Of a stretch of 40,763 nucleotides of DNA, positions 26,156 through 34,608 are shown piece after piece. This DNA comes from a virus (taxonomy: Duplodnaviria > Heunggongvirae > Uroviricota > Caudoviricetes): the IMG/VR virus record IMGVR_UViG_3300029156_000001, positions 128,001-168,763 of that record. One strand, written 5' to 3'. The position numbers and the translations under genes were made by a program. Below the pieces are notes generated by a model. The model saw only the letters and a list, made by a program, of their open reading frames with translations, made no database searches and was not told where the DNA came from. The stretch's first letter is position 1. The number at the start of each line of letters is the position of its first letter.

Positions 26156-26660
26156 TGTTATCTCCAAACCAAGACTTACGGAATCGGTTTACCAATCGCT
26201 GTTTGCGGCTGACCGCCTGAGCCGTGCGAGTCTTGGTCATACGCTCGGCTAGTGCCTGCTGCTCCTGCGTGTCGAGATCACTCAACATGTCTTTATGAGC
26301 GGCGGCGATAGTTGTTTTGATCTGTGTGGTCGGCTTCTTGCGAAAGAAGACCACCGAACGGATGCTAGGAATGGTAACCCTTTTCAGTGTTTTAAGCCAA
26401 TCGGCACACGTAGCATCCATAGTGTCAATCGTACCATTGACTTCATCAATAATGCGACTGTCGTTGTATACCATTACGTCTTCCATTACACTCATGTCAC
26501 GAAGTTCGCAGAGTGCCTCGTACAAAACTTTGTATGTGTGATGTGCTGACTGGAAGATGGGGTCACCTTGTTCAGTTAAAGCCGGGGAGCAGCGTCGAGC
26601 CACGCCGACACCCTCCCCGGTTACATAGTAACCATCTTCATTGAAGAAGACAGTAATCAT
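26133..26660 (-). CDS. Divergent RNase H-like fold protein
   Basis: Y.VLYEAL ... VMVYNDS.IIDEVNG resembles the RNase HI 'EY.AL...DS.LV..QVNG' pattern, with acidic residues incomplete. Confidence 0.4.
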   Translation of the reverse strand: MITVFFNEDGYYVTGEGVGVARRCSPALTEQGDPIFQSAHHTYKVLYEALCELRDMSVMEDVMVYNDSRIIDEVNGTIDTMDATCADWLKTLKRVTIPSIRSVVFFRKKPTTQIKTTIAAAHKDMLSDLDTQEQQALAERMTKTRTAQAVSRKQRLVNRFRKSWFGDNNAQRKEN

Positions 26661-27187
26661 TACGCTTCTAGTAGACTAGTTGCTTCACTGATCTCTGTTG
26701 TAGTCATACTGGTAGCGGTGCGTAGACTATTAGCAATAGTTGTCAGCAACTCCCGAGTACGGGGCGACAAAGCGACCTGTCCGTTTTCATCTAGCCACTG
26801 TAAGGCTCCACGCCGCAATAGTTCTTGCTCTACTACAAGTAGTAGCAATTGAATTTCAGCATTCGTCACACCAGCGTTTTCAAGAGCGGGCGTGATCAAC
26901 GACGTGGCCCCCGCGATCAATTCTTGATCGCGTACGATTTCTAGAGTAGCCGCAGCAAGCTCAAGATCTGTTTGCGACACAACGCCAGCTTCGACAAGAC
27001 GATTGGCTCCAACACTAACGCCAAGCGAAAGTATTAGCTGTCGTCTTGCCCAATCGGCTTCGCTCATTTCTTCAATGAACTCGATACCTTGTTCACCGTC
27101 ATTGGTACCGACACATCCGGTACTAACGGCACCGCCAAATAACGTCAGCGTGACGAGACCGGCGATCAGTAGTTTTCTAATTTCCAT
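26660..27187 (-). CDS. Putative lipoprotein
   Basis: AAGGAG RBS. MEIRK, hydrophobic stretch, STGC lipobox-like site. Confidence 0.6.
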   Translation of the reverse strand: MEIRKLLIAGLVTLTLFGGAVSTGCVGTNDGEQGIEFIEEMSEADWARRQLILSLGVSVGANRLVEAGVVSQTDLELAAATLEIVRDQELIAGATSLITPALENAGVTNAEIQLLLLVVEQELLRRGALQWLDENGQVALSPRTRELLTTIANSLRTATSMTTTEISEATSLLEA

Positions 27188-27196
27188 AGTTGCTCC

Positions 27197-27796
27197 TTAG
27201 AGATCTCTAATACGTACACCTTTCGGTGCCCTTCCAGACATGTACTGTTCTTTCGCATCGGAGGTTTGCTCCGGGATATCCTTGCGACACTCAGTACATT
27301 TGCGGTAGATAAAACGTTTACCTCCCCGCATGGTTGTTTGGATACGACCTTTATTCATATGACGACACTTGTCGCCGGTCGCACCTAACGCTCGGCCGAC
27401 AGGAGAGTCGCCCGAAGGTTCTCTTGGCTCCTCCTCTTCGGAGTCGTCGTCGCCAAGGACGCCATGCTCACGCAGGGACGCCTTCTTTTCTGCGACAAAC
27501 TGAGCATCACTTTCTAGAACAGCATCAGGATCGTCATCTAGATCGCCTAGTGTCTGACTAGAGCGACCACGGCTTGACGAACGTGATTCGTCCTTAACTG
27601 ATGCCGTAAAATCCCAGCCCTCTGGGAGTGGATCGCCACTAACAAGCTGTCGTTCTAACTTGGAAGCGGCTTCTGGAGAGAGGTCATAAGAACGACCTCT
27701 GGACTTGCCTTTTGCTTTGATAGTAATGCTGACCGTGGTGTCAGGATCATATTCCTGTTTAGTAAGGTCGCACTCTTGAATAGTACGTTTAGCCAT
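27197..27796 (-). CDS. Hypothetical protein with Lsr2-like N-terminus, acidic linker and C-terminal Zn-finger
   Basis: MAK....D.....D.TV.........DLS...A.KL...L, two SRGRS motifs, CRH...CTEC. Confidence 0.45.
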   Translation of the reverse strand: MAKRTIQECDLTKQEYDPDTTVSITIKAKGKSRGRSYDLSPEAASKLERQLVSGDPLPEGWDFTASVKDESRSSSRGRSSQTLGDLDDDPDAVLESDAQFVAEKKASLREHGVLGDDDSEEEEPREPSGDSPVGRALGATGDKCRHMNKGRIQTTMRGGKRFIYRKCTECRKDIPEQTSDAKEQYMSGRAPKGVRIRDL

Positions 27797-28466
27797 TATA
27801 TTTCTCGTGTTCTCGATATGCGATTAAGATCTCTTTGACGATACGGCTACGCTGGACGCATTCCACGTCACTCATTTCAACAATGCCGACGCCGCTGACG
27901 CCATCCAGTACGTTGATGGCCTCGGCAAGAGAACTGTCACGCGGATCAATGTCACACTGGTCTAGGTCACCAGCGATTACCATCTTACAGCTTTTGCCAA
28001 TTCGTGTGAGGATCATCTTCATAGCTGCACCATCAAGAGGCACGTTTTGTGCCTCCTCTACAATGACGAAGCAGTTGTTGAATGATCGTCCACGACACAT
28101 GCTCAGTACCGTAAACTCAAACTTATTCTGAATGAGATACTGTAGATCTTGTTCGTTATGTAGACACACCCTAAGGTTGTCTTTGATAGATTCTACGTAC
28201 GGCAATACCTTTTCTTCTAGCGTGCCGGGTAAGGCACCAATTCTTTCACCTGTGTTTGAAGGAATGTAGGGTCTGATGATTACAATTCTTTGGATACCAT
28301 CACGCTTACCCGAGTTTTGCATCATGTTTACGGCCTCAGCCAGAGCAAGGAACGTTTTACCTGTACCGGCTAGACCGGTACAGATGGTTACGTCGTTTTC
28401 TCTGATGGACTTAACGTATGGCTCTTGACCCTTTTTTGGTTTAGGCGGAATGAAGTTTTTGAGCAC
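27789..28466 (-). CDS. phoH: PhoH-family ATPase
   Basis: GLAGTGKTFLA, RP, G.LPG.LEEK..PY, RGRSF, EEAQN, LTRIG..KMVI.GD..QCD, RS.IV. GTG start after GAAGGGG. Confidence 0.93.
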   Translation of the reverse strand: MLKNFIPPKPKKGQEPYVKSIRENDVTICTGLAGTGKTFLALAEAVNMMQNSGKRDGIQRIVIIRPYIPSNTGERIGALPGTLEEKVLPYVESIKDNLRVCLHNEQDLQYLIQNKFEFTVLSMCRGRSFNNCFVIVEEAQNVPLDGAAMKMILTRIGKSCKMVIAGDLDQCDIDPRDSSLAEAINVLDGVSGVGIVEMSDVECVQRSRIVKEILIAYREHEKYNG

Positions 28467-28467
28467 G

Positions 28468-29070
28468 TTATACCCCTTCAAATGCTGTAATAAGCTGATT
28501 AATCCATGACATGAATTCGTCATGTGTTAGGTTTCGTTTTGCTTTGTTGCAAATTTCACAACAAGGCACACAGTTTTTGGGGGTATAACCTTTAGTATTA
28601 TTTTGTCTATCAATACCGTTTAGTTTGATAGCAGCACGTTCAGACCATTCTTGTGAAACACGATGTCTCTCTGAGTGTCTCCGTGCATATACATTCTGAA
28701 TCTTATGTGGTTTAATCTTGCAATAATAACATGCCTGCAATGCTAGTTGTTTGAATTGTTCGCGAGACAGTGTCCAGTTGAATCCACGACGCTTTGCGTT
28801 AGTTTTGTAGTTTGCCAAAACGCTATTGATAGTCACTTCTTTAGGGTCGTCATATTTTCGATTCTTGATGACGCCTTTTGACATACATCCACAAGAAGGA
28901 TTATGAGATCTCTTGAGAAATTGACCCGAAACAACCTTCTGCTTACCACATTCACATTGACATAACCAATGTGGTCGTTGGTATTGTAGACATTTATTGG
29001 GTTCGGAGCGTGCTAAGACTTCTAACATGCCATATCGTTGGCCAACTTCTATTTCTACAGGTCTTCCCAT
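28468..29070 (-). CDS. Free-standing HNH homing endonuclease (paralog of 9757..10311)
   Basis: GQRYGML, WLCQCECG, SCGC, CYYC, NGIDR.NN..GY..NCVPCC..CN.AK. Confidence 0.88.
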   Translation of the reverse strand: MGRPVEIEVGQRYGMLEVLARSEPNKCLQYQRPHWLCQCECGKQKVVSGQFLKRSHNPSCGCMSKGVIKNRKYDDPKEVTINSVLANYKTNAKRRGFNWTLSREQFKQLALQACYYCKIKPHKIQNVYARRHSERHRVSQEWSERAAIKLNGIDRQNNTKGYTPKNCVPCCEICNKAKRNLTHDEFMSWINQLITAFEGV

Positions 29071-29078
29071 ATTGGTCT

Positions 29079-29097
29079 CTACCTGTATAATACACTA
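29079..29097 (-). promoter_or_regulatory. Candidate phage-specific (late) promoter motif
   Basis: Minus strand TAGTGTA-ttataca-GGTAG before the HNH start. Here TAG is not the upstream stop codon. Confidence 0.45.
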
Positions 29098-29100
29098 AGA

Positions 29101-29742
29101 TCACCTATTGCGACAACGAGATTTCTTAGCTGCTTTATTTTTAGCTCTTCGTTTTTCAATACGTCTGCGGCTTGCTGAGTCGATTCTCATACCATACTTT
29201 GTTTTGCGTGTCTGTTCTGTTAACTGTTTTTCTAGTTCGTGCGTAATTAGCTTACCGTCTAAATGTGCCATTTCATGACAGACCGCACGAGCCCAGAACC
29301 CCTCAAAGGTTTCAGTTTGTAGTTCGCTATCGAGATCAAAGTATTGGAGTGTTACTTTTTTAGGACGACGAATTCTAGCACCCATGCCAGGGAGCGACAG
29401 GCAAGCTTCTCCATCATTTTTAGTTTCTTTACTGACACTCAGAACGACGGGGTTAATGTAGGCACAATTGCTTGCCGACTTACCATTCATGGCGGGACCA
29501 TTACGAAGCACAAAAATGCGACGAGGTACACCAATCTGCACAGCGGCCAAGCCAGCCGCCTCTTCGTCAAGATAATCGAGAATCCGGTCCATGTCTAGGA
29601 CGGCCTGCTCGTCCGCTGGAGAGATGGGAATGGGACACGGTTGCGAGACCATTTCCATAAGGGGCCAACGCTCTTGATCACCGGGGGTAATGATGATAGG
29701 ATGCTTCTTCGGTGCTTCTTCTTGGGGTTCTGCCATGTTCAT
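29101..29742 (-). CDS. def: Peptide deformylase
   Basis: AAGLAAVQIG, INP, EACLSLPG, AR..CHEMAHLDG, basic C-terminal tail. Confidence 0.92.
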   Translation of the reverse strand: MNMAEPQEEAPKKHPIIITPGDQERWPLMEMVSQPCPIPISPADEQAVLDMDRILDYLDEEAAGLAAVQIGVPRRIFVLRNGPAMNGKSASNCAYINPVVLSVSKETKNDGEACLSLPGMGARIRRPKKVTLQYFDLDSELQTETFEGFWARAVCHEMAHLDGKLITHELEKQLTEQTRKTKYGMRIDSASRRRIEKRRAKNKAAKKSRCRNR

Positions 29743-30518
29743 GATAGTAGCTCGTATCCGTCGTTAGTGACTAATAGGCACCGCTCTGAGTGAGCGGCAA
29801 GTTGGCCTTGGGCTTGTCGTACAGTCCATTGGTCCTCATCTATAATGATATCACAGGAGCCAAATGTTGTTACGGGTTCAATGCAAATAGTTTGCCCGGT
29901 CTTTAGTGTTTGTCCAGCGTATCTATTCTCTTCAATTTTCCTGCGAATAGGACTACGTTCTAAAGCACTAGGAATGAATGGATCCATGTGAATCTGCTCC
30001 GCAATGCCATGTCCTCCCCATTGGGGCATGATCTGCACTCCCCACTTGACCGCCTCTGCCTCTGATGCTCCAATCATCTGTAGAAAAGTACAGTCATTTT
30101 TGACAACGGATAGCTGGGCATACAGGATAGCCTCTGTGGCGTCCACGAGTTTCTGTGCATCTTTTGATTCTTTTCCAGGGATCACACGACTGCGAGCAGC
30201 ATCGACAAAGTAACCATTATACTCTGTACCCACGTCAATCGTGAGTAGATCTCCGGGCTGTAAAACATAATCATTAGGGATGCCATGAACGACCACTGCA
30301 TTAGGACTAATACACGCAGTCGCGGGAAATGGTAACGGATATCCTTCTGGTTGATAACCTTTAAAGGCAGGAACGCATCCCGCACGCCTGATCCACCGTT
30401 CCATTGCCTCGTCAACCTCTTTGAGAGAGCGTCCCGGTATAGCTAAACGAAAACCGTGCTCAATAGCATCTTGATTAACTTTACCGGCGTGTCGCATGCT
30501 AGACAGTTTGTCGCTCAT
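29739..30518 (-). CDS. map: Methionine aminopeptidase type I
   Basis: PAFKGY, CIS.N..VVHGIP, IDVG, FVD.AR, GHGI...H.DP, IEP, AAHSE. All five metal ligands recognisable. Confidence 0.93.
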   Translation of the reverse strand: MSDKLSSMRHAGKVNQDAIEHGFRLAIPGRSLKEVDEAMERWIRRAGCVPAFKGYQPEGYPLPFPATACISPNAVVVHGIPNDYVLQPGDLLTIDVGTEYNGYFVDAARSRVIPGKESKDAQKLVDATEAILYAQLSVVKNDCTFLQMIGASEAEAVKWGVQIMPQWGGHGIAEQIHMDPFIPSALERSPIRRKIEENRYAGQTLKTGQTICIEPVTTFGSCDIIIDEDQWTVRQAQGQLAAHSERCLLVTNDGYELLS

Positions 30519-31104
30519 CAGCAATCCATTTCTTAATCTTAGTCCAATGGGGTAGGGTTGTTTGATATGCTCGTTCTGGACTTCTTAGATGGTAAGAAGG
30601 ATGGTAGCTTACAATTACCTTCGCCACATGATCTCCCACTTGATAGCGAAGCCACCCATCTTTTTGTGTGATATTCTCTGGGAAAAATTGCTTGAGTGCC
30701 CCCTTGATGGGGCTGTCTTGCATCTGTTGGGTCGCGATGCGACCCAAGAGGATGATCAACTTAGGTTTAAGAAGTTGGATTTGCAAATCGAGTCGCCACT
30801 TGCACGCCTCTAGTTCTTCGCCACGGGGATTCCTGTTCTTCGGTGGGCGACATAGAACGGCGTTCGTAATATATACGTCGGAGCGGCTCATGCCTGCGTA
30901 CGCAAGCATCTTCGTTAGCTTTTCCCCAGCCGCTCCGACGAAGGGAGCACCCTCAATGTCTTCTTGCTCGCCGGGTGCTTCACCAATAACCATTACAAGC
31001 GGACTGGTGGTTCCCGTACCAAACACAACGTTAGTGCGATCTCGGCATAGATCACACGAACCGCACGCAGACATTTGTCTTTCTAGTTCAACCAGAGATT
31101 GCAT
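30499..31104 (-). CDS. Family 4 uracil-DNA glycosylase
   Basis: C..C.LC, IGEAPG..ED..G.PFVG.AG, YITN.V.CRPP.NR.P, LGR.A, YHPS. Confidence 0.93.
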   Translation of the reverse strand: MQSLVELERQMSACGSCDLCRDRTNVVFGTGTTSPLVMVIGEAPGEQEDIEGAPFVGAAGEKLTKMLAYAGMSRSDVYITNAVLCRPPKNRNPRGEELEACKWRLDLQIQLLKPKLIILLGRIATQQMQDSPIKGALKQFFPENITQKDGWLRYQVGDHVAKVIVSYHPSYHLRSPERAYQTTLPHWTKIKKWIADERQTV

Positions 31105-32030
31105 TAGAGGTGTCCTGTAAATAGGTCATTGTTCCAACTCCCGCGTTGCTTTTGTTGTAATGAGTCTACCCCAAAGTCTAGCACATCTGCCATGTTGTCG
31201 GCACATGCCACAATTTTACCTTCAAGTGTATGAATGTCGGCACGTCTATTGCAGATGTTTTCAAGTGCCTGTCGTTTACTCTCAGGAATCTCAATTTGTA
31301 GATTGCTCTCAGTAGTCAACATAAGATGGTCAATATAGCGAGCACTTGCCCGATAGATACCAGTCATATGATAAGCGTCTCGTGACCTAAGATGATCGCC
31401 TTGAAATCGAGTAGTAGTATGCCAGCCGATGTTACGTAGAGCACAGCCCACCATGACTAGGGCTGAACTAAATGGCATATCTAATTCTGATGCTTGATTG
31501 GTGGCAACTCGGGCCAGCCGCATAGAATGAACAACATGTACCAAGAGGCCGCCGCGATAAGCCATAGGGCCAGTGATGCCGTACGGTGACTCTTTGAGTG
31601 CCTGCATCAAATCGAGACGATGAATAGCATTACCCATCACGTCCCTGTAGATGGGATCTGACACAGAGATAAGCTCATCTTCCACTTCGCCCGCATATGC
31701 CGTGAGTTCGTGTTCGCTGACGCCTAGTACGTAGTCGTATTGATTTTGTGGTGCAGCCGTGGGTCGTACGTTCTGCCCCTGTGCCTGGAATTCGATTTCG
31801 CCACGATACACCTTCGTATCGAGTGACACGAGAGCATAGTCGCCCTCTTGTAGATTGTCCGAGTAATCCCAAACGACCCCTTCAAGTTCGCCGGTTGTAT
31901 CCTTGAGGGTGAGGCGAGCAAATGGCTGACCGGTTCTTGCTTTCATGCTTTGATTGTACTTAATCGCTGCTACTAAAAACACTTGCTCATAAGGATGGTT
32001 ATGTTCTAGACTACCAATAGGGATATACAT
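31104..32030 (-). CDS. YhaM/Cbf1-like OB-fold + HD-domain protein with degenerate HD
   Basis: G.PF..LTL.D.TGEL...VWD (OB fold), AY.GGLL.H, ALRNIG in place of LHDIG, AD near the C-terminus. Confidence 0.75.
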   Translation of the reverse strand: MYIPIGSLEHNHPYEQVFLVAAIKYNQSMKARTGQPFARLTLKDTTGELEGVVWDYSDNLQEGDYALVSLDTKVYRGEIEFQAQGQNVRPTAAPQNQYDYVLGVSEHELTAYAGEVEDELISVSDPIYRDVMGNAIHRLDLMQALKESPYGITGPMAYRGGLLVHVVHSMRLARVATNQASELDMPFSSALVMVGCALRNIGWHTTTRFQGDHLRSRDAYHMTGIYRASARYIDHLMLTTESNLQIEIPESKRQALENICNRRADIHTLEGKIVACADNMADVLDFGVDSLQQKQRGSWNNDLFTGHL

Positions 32031-32031
32031 A

Positions 32032-32190
32032 TTAGTTCCAGTCAAGGTCTCCGAACTCATCGTACAGAATGTTCGCTATGTTTTCGAGGATCTCTTGTTC
32101 AATTTCGTGATCTAGACCAATGTCGAAGCCGCTGCGGCCCCGAATGTTGTCCCAGATTTTTTGGGCCGCTTCGTTATGTTTATCGCTCAA
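32032..32190 (-). CDS. Small hypothetical protein
   Basis: AGGA RBS and TTG start at 32190 (SDKHNEAAQKIWD...), acidic. Confidence 0.6.
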   Translation of the reverse strand: MSDKHNEAAQKIWDNIRGRSGFDIGLDHEIEQEILENIANILYDEFGDLDWN

Positions 32191-32383
32191 ATCGTTTCCT
32201 CTTGCCGCCCCTTGTTCTATCCATTCGTTCTTTGCAACCAGTACATGCAGAGATTTTACGAATATTGAAAGCAACTTCGTCGGGAAGCTTGTCTTCGGTG
32301 CCCGGAAACAGTGTCACTTTCTTTTTACCTGAGAAATAAGAGCCGCGACAGGTGCGACACTCGATAATGTCAAGCGTTTTCAT
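32180..32383 (-). CDS. Small Zn-ribbon protein
   Basis: CRTC ... CTGC, basic tail. Confidence 0.65.
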   Translation of the reverse strand: MKTLDIIECRTCRGSYFSGKKKVTLFPGTEDKLPDEVAFNIRKISACTGCKERMDRTRGGKRKRFER

Positions 32384-32897
32384 GACTGAGCCTCATCTGT
32401 AGTACATCAAGTAGACGATTAACTCTGTTGGCCACCGTAACATGGGATACCGTGCCATCTTCTCTCGCAATCTGACGAAAGGACTTATCACGAACAAAGT
32501 GCTCGCGTAACAAATCAACATGATCCTGGTCAGACAATAAGTCAAAGATGGTTTCAATCGTGTCATTATTTTCTGCACAGTCGTCGCGAAACTCTCTATC
32601 ATCGAGTACAGCCGCGTCCTCGTCTACCTGATTGGGCTTGTGACGTGTGGCCTTGGTGATATACCGCATGATATAGCCACGAATGTATGTGTACGCAAAC
32701 GTTACGAACTTGGCTCTATTGGGATCGTACTTTCTGGCAGCACTAAGTAGCCCCAGCCAAGCTTCTTGTTGTAGATCGTCTACACGAATGAGTTGATCTC
32801 TAGCACACAGAGGCAAGAATGGCTTAACGATACTTAGGATGATCGCGTCCCATTCGTTTTGAGGAATAACATTGAGGGGATTATCGTTCGAAACCAT
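32370..32897 (-). CDS. Sigma-70 family RNA polymerase sigma factor (regions 2 and 4)
   Basis: DDL.QEA.LGL..A..KYDP...KFVTFAY..IRG.I, and S.RQIA....VSH.TV HTH. Confidence 0.88.
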   Translation of the reverse strand: MVSNDNPLNVIPQNEWDAIILSIVKPFLPLCARDQLIRVDDLQQEAWLGLLSAARKYDPNRAKFVTFAYTYIRGYIMRYITKATRHKPNQVDEDAAVLDDREFRDDCAENNDTIETIFDLLSDQDHVDLLREHFVRDKSFRQIAREDGTVSHVTVANRVNRLLDVLQMRLSHENA

Positions 32898-33267
32898 TGA
32901 TCTGTGCAACTAGCAACCTTGTGTAAGTATCTTTTTCGTCTTGCGTCAGGGTACCCCATTGTTTGATCACATTGCTGTTACCACCCACAGGGACTTCTTC
33001 GTTGCCGGCCGTTAGTGTTTTGTGTCGGTATAAGATACGGCCTTCTTTGTCTTGTACAACGAGCGTCAATACGTTGTACCTAGTATTTTCTGAAATGCTC
33101 CACAAAAAGTTTAGGAAGTCTTTAAACTTAACAATAGACTTTCTAGCCTTTCCATCAGACATAATCATCACGAAGACAATTTCTGTCTCGGCAGTCAATG
33201 TCGGTAGTTCTGTCAGGCGTTGCTGTACAGCACGAATTTTACCCCAGTCTAATCTGATGTTCATCAT
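32881..33267 (-). CDS. Hypothetical protein
   Basis: AGGAGG RBS, 128 aa. Confidence 0.7.
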   Translation of the reverse strand: MMNIRLDWGKIRAVQQRLTELPTLTAETEIVFVMIMSDGKARKSIVKFKDFLNFLWSISENTRYNVLTLVVQDKEGRILYRHKTLTAGNEEVPVGGNSNVIKQWGTLTQDEKDTYTRLLVAQINGFER

Positions 33268-33276
33268 GGATGCCTC

Positions 33277-33294
33277 CTAACTAACACTACACTA
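33277..33294 (-). promoter_or_regulatory. Candidate phage-specific promoter motif
   Basis: Minus strand TAGTGTA-gtgtta-GTTAG running into the GGAGG RBS. Confidence 0.4.
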
Positions 33295-34548
33295 AGCACT
33301 AGTGTTGACTTCCACCACAGATCCATCTTCAATGTAGACCCCGATACGGTCTGTGTCGTTTCGTGATGCGTACTCAATCCAGCATTGATAGTCGTTATCG
33401 CCTGCCATTTCGTTGACAATTCGCATACTCTCATCATCTAACAGAGAGCCGTCAGCAATACGAATCACCCTGAGAGTAGGGTTGGCCGCCATAGCAATAC
33501 CAAGAGAAATTCTAAGCTGTTGTGCCGCAGACGCTTGACAGAATGGTACATCTAGTCCCTCTTCGTTCGTCACCATGATGCCATCCTCTGTGATTTTCAG
33601 ATTTGTGACAGGCAACGGCGAAGCTTCTAGGGCCTCTGCCTTATTGATACCAACGAGTTCCATCTGATCATTGAGGCGGGCGATCTCTTCTTCCACCAAC
33701 GTCAAGCCGCCACGAAGCTTGTTATACTCAATGACCTCGCGGGCACGTCTATTGATCTTCTGAATGTTCTCAAGCTCGCCCTGCAAGAACTCAATGTCGG
33801 GCGTCTCGGGTTGTTCCGATAGCTGTCTACATACATTCTCTTTTTCAGCAGTCAACTTGGCAAGCTCCGCATTAAGAGCATCGATTCTATCATCAAGTCC
33901 CGTTTTACGTGCAGACAATTGTCTGAATGTGGTCTGCGTTGTAATGGCATCTGTGATAGCTTGAGTAAGGTCTTGACTAGAGATTTCTTCTGTTGGATCT
34001 ACCTCAGTAGGAGGAGCCACTTGAGTCAACAGGGCACCTAGCCGTTTCTTTTCTTTGTTGGCTTCTGATCGTTGTTCGAAGGCTTCTTTGTGTTGCACGT
34101 CGAAGTCGGCTAGATCGACCGCACCTTCGGTGATATTATAGAGTACGTCAGCAAGCATTTCTCGCTGGTCGCTCTCACGTTTACGCGAGAACTCCCAGGG
34201 GTCGAAGCTTAGGTCTCCGATCATGCCGTCCAGTAGTTTCTGCGGCGAAGGGATTTTGCTGCCGTCGGGCTTCCGGATTTCGAGCGTGCTACCAGACGGA
34301 GTGAACTTACGGGTAACGATGTATTCACCCAGGTCAATCTCCACCATGCCCTTCTTCTGGCCCGCTCGGAGAGGATCGGGGTTGCCCTTTTTAGCTGCCT
34401 TGTATTCTAGAGCAAGCCAAATAGAGTCAAGGACCGAGGTTTTACCCTCGCCGTTCATACCACTGAGGACAATTACGTTGTCATCAGGAGTAATGTCAAT
34501 CGCCTTGACTCGTTTGATGTTCTCGGAATGAAGCTGGATGATTCTCAT
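33292..34548 (-). CDS. SMC/Rad50-like (AAA_23) ATPase
   Basis: ENIKRVK, GMNGEGKTSVLDSI (Walker A), coiled coil, AS.AQQ signature, I.DGSLLD. Confidence 0.85.
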   Translation of the reverse strand: MRIIQLHSENIKRVKAIDITPDDNVIVLSGMNGEGKTSVLDSIWLALEYKAAKKGNPDPLRAGQKKGMVEIDLGEYIVTRKFTPSGSTLEIRKPDGSKIPSPQKLLDGMIGDLSFDPWEFSRKRESDQREMLADVLYNITEGAVDLADFDVQHKEAFEQRSEANKEKKRLGALLTQVAPPTEVDPTEEISSQDLTQAITDAITTQTTFRQLSARKTGLDDRIDALNAELAKLTAEKENVCRQLSEQPETPDIEFLQGELENIQKINRRAREVIEYNKLRGGLTLVEEEIARLNDQMELVGINKAEALEASPLPVTNLKITEDGIMVTNEEGLDVPFCQASAAQQLRISLGIAMAANPTLRVIRIADGSLLDDESMRIVNEMAGDNDYQCWIEYASRNDTDRIGVYIEDGSVVEVNTSA

Positions 34549-34608
34549 TTTTTGAAAATTGGAGGTAGGTAGATGCGAGGAGTTGTCCTGTCCAGCACCT
34601 TAGGTATT

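Noticed and set aside
9757-29070. Recoded N-terminal duplication at the other endonuclease loci
   Set aside because: The N-termini of the 9757, 16788, 21098 and 29070 endonucleases do not match those of their downstream genes.
34549-34608. TGGACA-17-TACCTA upstream of the SMC-like ATPase (minus strand)
   Set aside because: The -10 element is poor, so it is too weak to call.
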